In this document: piece after piece, positions 12,001-24,000 of the stretch
How positions within the stretch are numbered: the first letter of the stretch is position 1
How the letters are laid out: each line of letters begins with the position of its first letter
DNA from: Phoronis australis
Lineage: Eukaryota > Animalia > Phoronida
Direction: 5' to 3'
Length of the DNA: 49,089 nucleotides
Assembly: GCA_002633005.1 (NCBI GenBank)
Contig: NMRA01000671.1
Location: 165,950-215,038, forward strand
Translations under genes and position numbers: made by a program
Notes under the pieces: generated by a model
Database searches by the model: none
Seen by the model: only the letters and a program-made list of their open reading frames with translations
Told to the model about the DNA's origin: nothing

Positions 12001-15000
12001 TGTAGTGCAGCTATTCCCAACATTCGGAAAGTAACTTGTTTCCAAAAGAACGCGGTTTTTAGGAAAGACACATTCGAGAAACTCCTTCGGACATTGCAGA
12101 AATTGAAAGCGTTGTTAAAATTAAAATGGAAAACAAAATTGTGTAGCTGTTTGGCGGAAAGATGTCGTTCTAATGTTTGAAAGATAAATAAGTAGACAAA
12201 CTCAGACAATTTAATAAAATCTGTTATTCCTACATGTATTTGGGAAACGATTTACAGTTTGATCCAGGAGGCACATTTTCTATACCGTGGAAGATATAAT
12301 GAAAATTGTTGCACAATTACCTATCTAAGGTGACCCAAGGCGGAATAGCCTTTTTTCTTAAATGTTTCCACTGAATCACCGCACTTATCTCATTAACGAA
12401 GCTTGGTCATACAGGTAAAAATATTCAGGCTACTACATTGTAAATGTGCAAGTGATAGACAAATCTTTGAGACGACTTGAACATTTCCGTTCATTTGGTC
12501 GCACCAGAACACAACCATATTCAGCAGTTAACCGGCTTCAACATAAAATTCCCATTTGCTCGACTTGCCATCCAAGCAAACGCTGATTCATTTTCATTGT
12601 CACCATTTAAACTGACATCCTGACAGCGATGGCTGATTGGCTGACATATCAGTGACCTACTTGGTGGGCCATCGACAGCTTTCCATATATTGCTGTGTCC
12701 TGCTGTGACATTGACAGTTGAAAAAGTTTACATCCCATGATATCATTGTATCAAACGTTCTTGTTTGTTACTGTTTGTCATAGTGTTGTGAAAGGTACAC
12801 CATGTCAATTTGTGGTAATTAAAATTCGATATTTGTCTCAGGATGATTCATTTGTCTCAGTGTTAGCTTTTTTCCGAAGGAATAAATAAGTATCGCGCAG
12901 TCCTTGTGTTAGTATAGTAAAACTTACTGACCATGTCTGATGTTTCTATCCTAGGTTCACATGCCTTCTGGAACTGTTGTCGAAATAAGGCAAGACCGTA
13001 GTTATGCCGGATTTATGAACGTCTTCATCACTCCATCTCTCGTAGATGTTAACAATACAATTGGAATGTGTGGTTCGTTGAATGGCAACATGAGTGACGA
13101 TTTACATTATGTTGATGAAGAAACTAATCTGGTGCTAACAAATTTGGATGAAAAGGAATTCACAAGGAAGTGGAAGTAAGTATCCTAATAGCCATGTAAT
13201 TTGTTTATTAAAATAAAACTCTACGTAGTTTTATTCTATTTAACAGATATTAACTGTCATTTAATCACTTAAACAGTTCTCTAAGAGGTAACAGGGGCAA
13301 ACAGATTTAGCTGGAAATAAGTAATTTGTGTTGTAATAGCATAATCAAGGACGTTTTACATTCGCCAATTTAGAACACAATATGAGTTCCATAATTATGT
13401 CGAAAGTTGCCACTCAAATATGAACATTTCTTAACTCTCAGCCCTGTTTGCGTTTGCTTTAGTTTATTTACTATTATTATTTTTTCAAAACGTGGGCGGT
13501 GTTTCCGCGGGCACGCCAATGCATATGGCGACAGTTGAGTAAGCACCCATAATGCATGAGTAAGCTGCCGCTCACTACAACGAACTTTCTGGGTAATGGT
13601 GCACTACCCAAAATAAAAGTTAAACCAAAATTCGTATTTTAATATTTGCAAACTTAACTTGACTTAGAAATTCAGTTAATTTTGGAAATATTTGGACTTT
13701 TGTTGAATGAGCTTTGTTTGGACTGAAAAGACCTGCGTTCATATCTGTTTTATGAAGATTTTTAATGGAAAATGTATTTAAGAACTTCAAATAGCGAAAT
13801 AACCTGGAATTTTGAAAGTAAAAATAAAATAGTGTTGTGTCATGTGCAGACGCCATCTCCACTGCGGCATTAGTTCTCCCACACTAGCCGCGGCGATGTT
13901 CAGCCAGTTGCGACTGCATGTTTGCAGAATTTTTTTAGCATGGAAATCGAATACATGTTTGAGTGTATGCTTCACTTTCCGAAAACTCATGAACAAGTCC
14001 AAGTTAAATTCGATTTGCAGACCTGGCTTGCAGTCATTCTTGACAGTTTGCCAGCTGTTGGACGGAGGTCAACACTCAGCTCGTGCATGTTGGGAAATTA
14101 CATACTTGATTCCTTAAGTAATTATTTGGACTTGCATTTCATTCTAAGTTAATGACAGAATGTGTAGTTTCCTACTTTGAAAAAAACGGCTGGCGAGGAT
14201 TATGGGGCAGATTTAATTGACTAGTGTAGCGCCACCCAGTGGCATTTTCAAATCCGCTGCTGTATCTCATGAACCCATTCTGGACCTTTGTTATATTTGG
14301 CAAGTTTACCTGAGAGCGATAATAGCTAGCGACAATTTGTGGAAGGATTTGACTACCATTGCATCCCCTATTGGCAAGTTGAGTCGTTTAGCCACTTTCT
14401 CTGTATGCTTGTGGTTCTTTGACGGTTGTTCATGAAATTTAGCACACAGGTAACTTCAACTCCACTGTACTTCGGCACCCCCTAGTGGCAATATTGTTTT
14501 ATCTGTTCCACGTCTACATTTACATGTTTTAATCCTGGGTTCAATGTAGGAAAATTATTTTAAGATACACCTGCGTCAGTGTTAGTAAGGAATGACCGGT
14601 TCACGCAAAGTACACTCTAGATTTACTGGAAATGACCAGAAACTCCGTGTGCAAAAAGGACAACTCATTTGATCGGCGAAGACGACAAATTTTTCAAAGG
14701 GTTTTTGACCTTTCCAATCCCACCGTCATCAGCCTGACTCTTGTCTAGAGAAGGGGGCTGCCACAATGGCAAAACGTTTATGGTCGAAATTACTGTGCTA
14801 CTCACTGACAAAATGTGACAAATTTACAAATATCTTCAGGGTTCAGTATATGGAGCCCCCTGCTCTGGAATTTCGACAGTAAACTGAGTTTTGGTCTCCT
14901 GCGAGTGACATTCAGTTTATACTTTTTTGTTCATAGGTAGGTAAATTGGAGCCGGTATGTTTGGGCGCAGGTTGTCAATGACTCGTGCTAATAACTTTCG

Positions 15001-18000
15001 ATGCGATGATAGACTGAAGACTGGCTCGCATTATTAAACTCAATGGAATACTCTTAAGTCTACTCAAACTGAACGTCCGACGTTATGTGTGTTCTACGCT
15101 CCAGCCAGTGTTGAACTCCTAAGTGTTTGCTCTCGTAGGATCATCAACCTTCTGTCTCTATAGCTTGCTCTCTATTTACTAACGCTGTCACTGTTGATTC
15201 TGTTACTGCAACTCAAGTGTAACTTTAAGTATGAGTATTGTTAACCGATTTTCACTATTACGTGTGTTCGTCAAAACACGACTTGACTTTTTGTTTGTAA
15301 GGTTGATACTGGTACGCTCATAATTTTGGAACAATCTCCTTTCTTCAGGTGTGCAGGTATGAAGTAAAACACGGAGTGACATAACAAACCACATAAATTA
15401 AAAACTAGGTATGCATATGTTCATGCCAATCATTGCCTGATGGTTTAAAATATTTTTTGTTATGTATCTCGGTGTTTTATTCCTTACTTGCACTCCTGAA
15501 GATAGGAGACGTTTATGAGCGTATCAGTATCAAGCTTGCAAACAAAAGTGGAGTCGTGTTTCTAACGAAGTTTGCGTAAAGGAAAGGCTGCTACCGAACT
15601 ATTATGTGTCTGGGTATTTATTGTATCTTACAATGCTATGGAACTTCTCACCAATTCCAGTGCATCCAAGATGTTTCTTTAAAGGAAAGTTTATTACCTT
15701 TGCAAGAATTACATGCATTGTTCAAAATTAGGCTAACGCACGTCGTCCAGTAACGTAGACTTGATCATCCGGATGCTTGCTGATTCAACCGCATCTCTGG
15801 AAACGATGTGATGGATGGACACAATACATTACTAATCAAAATGTACAACTTTCAGAGTTCCTACAAGTGAGAGCTTCCTATCAGTGAATTCAACATTCTT
15901 AGCGAATTTCGAACTCTATGAAAACCAACAATATTGTACATGTAATGGTACCAGAATAGAATGCAGTGCACTGGAGTTTGTCAACGTCTGTGACAATAAC
16001 GAGCAGGCAAAGGATATGACCGATAAACATCTTAGTCAATGCCGCCGTCGACGTGAAACCACATTTCACGACTTCGTTGATGATGAGGAAAATCTCGAGT
16101 TTGACTTTGACCCAAACTTTGACCCGCCTGTAAGTATATATAAAACGTTGTGTTAAGCAAAAAATGCGTGTTTATGTTGATGGCTTCGCTACATAGGCGT
16201 TCTCGTTCGTCTGCTTATGTAGGACATCTGGGATGCATTGAAGGTAGGCTGTATATCCATGAGAACATTGAGCCACTCTAATGAGGGTGTACAGCGTGAA
16301 ACCACTTAAACAAGTGCACCCAATGTATAACATTCTGGATGTCCGGTGCCTCCAATTCACTAGGACCATGGTTGGACACGTCTTTGCTATCGTCACTTTG
16401 TAAAGTGATGCAGCGTATGGAAATCGTCACTGATGGAGTGTTTGGAATTGCCGACATTGAGCTCCAACTGTGTCACCCAATGCACTACGGGGTCTATCGG
16501 TGTCCCCGGTGCTTATGATACCCAGTCTCGCTGTTCTCCATCATGAGAACCAGGCCTGTTACCTATGTCACTTGCTCCCTTTCATCGTTTCACAAAACGA
16601 ATTTATCAAAAATTGGCAGATTCTTGATTCGAAAATGAATTGCATCAATGGTCGCTACACGCGAGCCACAAGGTCAAGTATAACTCGAAAATTCTGGTTC
16701 GGATTCGCACCTTTAGCCTTAAAACAGTGGTCATCAAGTGCAAACTAGGATGAGGCAATTATCTACGTAGTCCATTGTGTACTGAGGCATAAAAAGACAC
16801 CTTTTTATGCGCCCACATATTTATAGGTGGACGCATTATGCCGTCATCTCCGTCTGTCCGTCCGTCCGTCCATCCGTCCGGGCGGCGTCCGTCCGGCGTC
16901 CGGCGTCCGCTGCTCTATCTCCAAAACCCTTTGACATACGTTCATGAAATTTGGCACATATGTTCCATTCATGATTCATGAATGGGACGGCATGTGCGAA
17001 CTTTCGGACGGTTCCGACTACCGGTGTGCCCCCTAGTGGCAATTTTAGTTTTTTACGCTTACCTTTGTATCTTCAAAAGTCCTCAACGGATTTTCATGAA
17101 ATTTGGTATGTAGGCACCTATTAGTGGGATGACGCAATCCTCCCGTTTTCAGATGGATTCGACATAGTTTGCGCCACCTAGTGGCCATTTTTAGTGTTTT
17201 CGAGTTTTTGTGCGTCCACCCCTCTATCAACCAAACCGCTCAAAGGATTATTGTGAAAATTGGCATGTATATGCTTACTATGAAGAGGACAGTTGACGAT
17301 GATTTTCAGATGATTTCGACTACTGTGGCGCCTCCTAGTGGCAGTTTTTTTTTGCGCCTATGGCTGTATCTCCTAAACCGTTCGCATTATCTTTACGAAA
17401 TTGTGTAAGTATATTTATATGATGTTAACAACGGAAGATGACGTCTTTTGGACGGATCCGACTACCGGTGTGCCCCCTAGTGGCAATTTTAGTTTTCTAC
17501 CCTTACCTTTGTATCTTCAAAAGTCCTGAACGGATTTTCACGAAATTTGGTATGTAGGCACCTACGTGTATTAGTGAGATGACGCTATCCTCCCGTTTTC
17601 AGATAGATTCGACATAGTTTGCGCCACCTAGTGGCCATTTTTAGTGTTGTCGAGTCTGTTTTTGTGCGTCCACCCCTCTATCAACCAATCCGCTCAAAGG
17701 ATGACTGTGAAAATTGGCATGTATGTTCTTACTATGAAGAGGACGGTTGACGCTGAATTTCCCATGACTTTGATTACTGTGGCGCCTCCTAGTGGCATTT
17801 TTTGCGCCCATGGCTGTATCTCCCAAACCGTTTGCAGGATCTTTACTAAATTTAGCAAGTGTATTTGTGATGTTGACAACGGACGATGACGACTTTAGGA
17901 TAATTCTAACTACCGGTATGCCTCTAGTGGCAATTTTAGCACTTTACATTGACCTCTGTATTTTCATAGGTCTTCAGGTGTATACTTTGTGTTACTTCGT

Positions 18001-21000
18001 GACTATGAAGAAAAAGTTCCAAGTAGAAATTTGTTTCTCTCATTCTAATGCTGTGCTAATCTCGTATGTTGGTAAATTTGTTTTTAATTCTATGTTTCTG
18101 TTGTGCTTTAAGCAACTGATGTATAGGATGTGCTTGTATTATGAAGATCATTCACATTTTGCCCCTAGCCTAGTGAGGAGACAATGACCATGCCTTTCCA
18201 TTTTGCAAAGTACAACATACTACATATATGCCCTCTACTGGCCACTTTATGGTACCAATAAACAACCCTAGAAAGATACCGTATACGGTGCAACTGTGGG
18301 CGCATTTCAACGCTCTTCGTTGCTCTTGTTGAATAAGCAGAAAAGTGGAATAGAAAATGCCAAATCAGTTTCTAGTTCTATTTACAGTACAAAGATAAGA
18401 CCCACTATTCTTGATGCTTGTGATGTCATTTGTGTCTAGTTGAAGACTTTCCCTACTGCTAATGGTACCACGTACGAGGAAGCGTCACGTTTTTGCGAAA
18501 ACTACATTTACAATGCAACAGTGTCAAAGGCTTGTAAAGGAATTGCAAAGATCGACTTCCCGGATTTGGTGCGCAACTGTATTGAAGATATCAAGGTAAT
18601 TGATATTATCATTCACGGCAAGAAATAATAAAGAACGGCTTTTCGCTGTTGTATGCTGATAATAGCTCATGTGGATCGTTGTAAAATACGTTTTAGTTTA
18701 GTTTAGTTTGTTTCTCCTTTGCCACTCAAGGTTATGTAGGACCCTAGGTAAAATTTGGCTTACTTCAGCACATCATCTCTCAAAACTGGCTAATCGGATT
18801 CACATGATTTTTTCAAATGCAATGGTTTACGCTCTGTTCTCCGAAAACCTGTTAGGATTTGTTTCAAAGTTTCACTTTTACATGAAATCCTACAAAAAAG
18901 GACTTCTGTGATTTTGATAAAAAAGTGAAGAAAGTTACATAAGGGAAACGAATTGGTAATTTAGTAAATTCATTTATTATTTTTTTTAAATTTCCTTCAG
19001 AACTGTTATGTCGAACAAAATATGATCATGTTATTGATGTCACTTTTTGTTGTGGGTGTACCCTTCTTTTTACTAAATTTTACTAAAAAGGCATGGTCAC
19101 GTGAGCCAGTCAATAGCAGATTGATTACTTCTCAAATATGAAATATTCTGGGACATGATGACTTCTTTCGAATATTTTTATGTGTATTTTTACCATATAA
19201 TGTCTTTATTTGTTAATCAGTTTTCAAAAACGGCAATATTTGTTATTTTAGCCAATTCAAAGAAATGAAATCACATGAACTTTGCCACTAGTTTGAAAAA
19301 ATAGCAAATTTCTGGATACTCGGTCATAGAAATTTTTTTAGCAATTTTCTTCCGCCGTGTACAACTATCAGGTAATGCCTTTAATTTTACATCCCTTCTA
19401 AATAGTTTCAAGGTTTGTTATGTCAAGTTAACTTGCGTCTCCTTAGCGAACTTGATTTTTTTCCAATTTTAGGCGCAAATTCCCAGGCCTCTTGACCTAA
19501 CATAGCCAAATTTATGGGACTCAGCTTTCCGAGACATGACGACTTTTTATAGGAAACCAGTGCTGTAGTGGGGCGTACGCGTACGTAGGCGCAGCCAACC
19601 ACCTTAGCATTTAAACGTAGCGCCTGTGCACCGTAAGTTACATTGAAGTCGCAGCCAACCATTTTTTTCATCCTGACGTAGGGCCTACGCACAGTAAGCG
19701 ACGGTATAGTGATAGAATAGCTTACGGCGTACAATGTACATGCACTGCTACGCCCTAACGACTGCATTGTTTATTTATTCAAAAAGTTGTAAGGAACTTG
19801 GAGTGGCGTTCATTTGACAATGATGAGCAACCGTTTTGCTCTATTCTGGACATCTTGGACCCCAAAACGTAGCTGATGGTATCCGGAACAAAAACGTTGA
19901 CTTGTGTGACATATTTTCGTTGGGTAATGAAATTTTACATTAATGTTTCGAAATAAAGTGACAAGTATGGCGTCATATCACAGACGGATATAGGGGAACC
20001 GAAGGACGCCGATAATACACCCCACGGACGAATAAAAACGCCACCAGCATATCGTTTTGGGGCGTAACGCGCCTATTTTCCTTTAAAATTGTTTTCCCCC
20101 CTTCAGAGACCGCTTGGACTGCACTTGGACCTTTGCCTTCCTACATGTATACATGTATGTATGGTTTCTGTCACATCCTAGATTCGTAGCAAATATCCAC
20201 TCTTAAGTCCAAAAATAGACCTAAATATTCTGAGTCAGATTTTTTCGAATTTAATGCACTTTTAAAATTCGATGCTCAAGGTGACACGGTGGGCATTGTG
20301 CGCCTACTTACATGTACCTCTTATTACTATACGCGTGTAAGCGCAGAGTACTGTTGTTCCTGGGTTTTCTTCAATTTTATTCTTATTCTTCTTATTACTC
20401 TGTTGTTCTTGGGTTTTCTTCATTTTATTCTTATTATTATTACTCTGCGCGTGTAAGCGCAGAGTACTGTTGTTCCTGGGTTGTCTTCAATTTTATTCTT
20501 ATTACTCTGCGCGTGTAAGCGCAGAGTCCTGTTGTTCCTGGGTTTTCTTCAATTTTATTCTTATTCTTTTTATTACTCTGCGCGTGTAAGCGCAGAGTAC
20601 TGTTGTTTCTGGGTTTTCTTCAATTTCATTCTCATTACTCTGCGCGTGTAAGCGCAGAGTCCTATTGTTCCTGGGTTTTCTTCAATTTTATTCTTATTCT
20701 TTTTATTACTCTGCGCGTGTAAGCGCAGAGTACTGTTGTTTCTGGGTTTTCTTCAATTTCATTCTTATTACTCTGCGCGTGTAAGCGCAGAGTCCTATTG
20801 TTCCTGGGTTTTCTTCAATTTTATTCTTATTCTTTTTATTACTCTGCGCGTGTAAGCGCAGAGTACTGTTGTTCCTGGGTTTTCTTCAATTTTATTCTTA
20901 TTCTTCTTATTCTTCTTATTCTTATTCTTCTTCCGACCAACTTTGAGGCTTAATAACTCCAAATTGGGTGCAGGTACGGTCTTTAAATTCAGCATATGAC

Positions 21001-24000
21001 ATTTTGCAGTATATAAATTTTGATTGGTTATATAATCATATTCCATATTGCACCGGAAGAGGTCGTTTGGTGCAAAGGTCATATAATTTTCAAAATGCTA
21101 CTCCTCCTTCAGTTTTAAAGCTATCTTTTTTAAATTCGGTGCTCAGATATAAAACAACATGACGATTTAAAAAATTACTTTTCTAAGTAATCGGGTCATC
21201 CAATCTGGTGAAATAGGCCAAAGGTCATTAGGTGCAAACTAAACTTTTGAGCTAGGCACTTCAAGTTGACAGGTCTCATTGCCACAGGTAAATCAAATCG
21301 GAATCCAAAGTTTCAGGTCATTTAGTGCAAACATGGGGTCATTAGGTGCATTTTTCCTCTGAAAATTTGACCTTTTCAATCAGCAAATATTCTGATGTGT
21401 CAGCCGTTAGACAACTGTGATTCTCAGCGTTAAACACATTTTCCATGAGCTTTGCAATAATTCTCCTAAAGATGCTTAAAATGCACCGGATAAGGTCAAT
21501 TAGTGCAAAGGTCATGTAACGTTCAAAATGTTATATCGCTTACGTTTTTCATGGAATTCTTTTCAATTTCAGCGCACAGGTATAAGTCAACATGACAATT
21601 TAAAAAATTACTTTTCTAAGCAATTGGGTCATCCAATCAGGTTAAACAGGTCAAAGGTCATTAGGTGCAAACTAAAATTTTGAGCTAGACACTTCAAATT
21701 CACAGTTCTGATTGGCACAGATAATTCAATTTGGAATCCAAAGTTTCAGGTCATTTAGTGCAAACATGGGGTCATTAGGTGCATTTTTCTTCTGAAAATT
21801 TGACCTATTCAATCAGCAAGTATTGTGATGTGTCAACCGTTAGACAACTGTGAATCTCAGCGTTAAACACATTTTCCATGGGCTTTGCAATAATTCTCCT
21901 TAAGATGCTTAAAATGCACCGGATAAGGTCAATTAGTGCAAAGGTCGTGTAACGTTCAAAATGTTATATCTCTTACGTTTTTCAAGGAATTCTATTCTAT
22001 TTCAGCATACTGGTGTAAGTCAACATGCAAATTGAATACCCTACTTTACTTCGCAATAGGCCTAACCAATCAGAAAAATAGGTCAAAGGTCATTGAGTGC
22101 AAACTAAAATTTTGAGTTAGGGACTTCAGAATTACATATCTGTTTACTAAGTGCGATTGAGTTTGAATTCTAAATTTTCAGGTCATTTGGTGCACCCATG
22201 GGGTCATTAGGTGCATTTTTCTTTTGAAAGTTTGACCACTTTATTCAACTTGTATTCTGAAGTGCTTAAAGTAAACATCTGTGATTATTAGCATTAACCA
22301 CACTTTTAATCGAGTTAACATTTACTCCCTCATCGGGGCTCACAATGCACCGGAAGAGGTCATTTAGTGGAAAGGTCATCAAAAAACTAATATGTAATTT
22401 CTCCTACAATTTTGAAGAATTCTTTTCATATTGGCAAAGGGGTTGCTGTCAGTAACTTCCCATAACAATTCCAGTAATACGCACGCGCAGAGTCCATTAT
22501 TGTCACGCCGTGACAATAATCCTTCTAGTTCTTCTTATTCTTATTCTTCTCATTCTTATTCTTCTTCCGACAAAATTTGAGGCTTAATAACTCCAAATTG
22601 GGTGCAGGTACGGTCTTTAAATTCAGCATATGACTTTTGACAGTATATAAATTTTGATTGCTTATGTTATCATATTCAATATTGCACCGGAAGAGGTCGT
22701 TTGGTGCAAAGGTCATGTAATTTTCAAAAAGCTACTCCTCCTTCAGTTTTAAAGCTATCTTTTTCAAATTCGGTGCAGAGGTATAAGGCCACATGACAAT
22801 TTAAAAAATTACTTTTCTAAGTAATCGGGTCATCCAATCAGGTGAAATAGGTCAAAGGTCAATAGGTGCAAACTAAAATTTTGAGGTAGACACTTCAAAT
22901 TGACAGGTCTGATTGCCACGGGGAAATCAAATCGGAATCCAAAGTTTCAGGTCATTTAGTGCAAACATGGGGTCATTCGTTGCATTTTTCTTCTGAAAAT
23001 TTGTCCTTTTCAATCAGCAAGTATTCTGAAGCGTCAACCGTTAGACAACTGTGATTCTCAGCGTTAAACACATTTTCCATGGGCTTTGCAATAATTCTCC
23101 TAAAGATGCTTAAAATGCACCGGATAAGGTCAATTAGTGCAAAGGTCGTGTAACGTTCAAAATGTTATATCTCTTACGTTTTTCAAGGAATTCTTTTCTA
23201 TTTCAGCATACTGGTGTAAGTCAACATGCAAATTGAATACCCTACTTTACTTCGCAATAGGCCTAACCAATCAGAAAAATAGGTCAAAGGTCATTGAGTG
23301 CAAACTAAAATTGTGAGTTAGGGACTTCAGAATTACATATCTGTTTACTAAGTGCGATTGAGTTTGAATTCTAAATTTTCAGGTCATTTGGTGCACCCAT
23401 GGGGTCATTAGGTGCATTTTTCTTCTGAAAGTTTGACCACTTTATTCAACTTGTACTCCGAAGTACTTAAAGTAAAACATCTGTGATTATTAGCATTAAC
23501 CACACTTTTAATCGAGTTAACAGTTAATCCCTCATCGGGGCTCATAATGCACCGGAAGAGGTCAATTAGTGGAAAGGTCATCAAAAAATTAATATGTAAT
23601 TTATCCTACAATTTTAAAGAATTCCTTTTCATATTGGTAAACGGGTTGCTGTCAGTAACTTCCCATAATAATTCCAGTAATACGCACGCGCAGAGTCCGT
23701 TATTGTCACGCCGTGACAATAATCTTTCTAGTTACTCCTACAATTTTAAAGAATTTCTTTTCATATTGGTAAACGGGGTTGCTGTCATTAACATCACATC
23801 ACAATTCCTTTAATACGCACGCGCAGAGTCCATTATTGTCACGCCGTGACAATAATCTTTCTAGTTACTCTGCGCGTGTAAGCGCAGAGTCCTGTTGTTC
23901 CCGGGTTTTCTTCAGTTTTATTCTTATTCTTATTCTTATTCTTCTTATTCTTCTTCCGACCAATTTTGAGGCTTAATAACTCCAAATTGGGAGCAGATAC

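Noticed and set aside
18710-20310. Possible additional interspersed element upstream of the HINE cluster
   Set aside because: The sequence looks repeat-like but I could not identify paired termini.
20321-20900. CRISPR-like array of palindromic repeats
   Set aside because: The intervening sequences are near-identical rather than unique spacers, there are no cas genes, the context is a eukaryotic intron, and the repeat equals the HINE 5' end.
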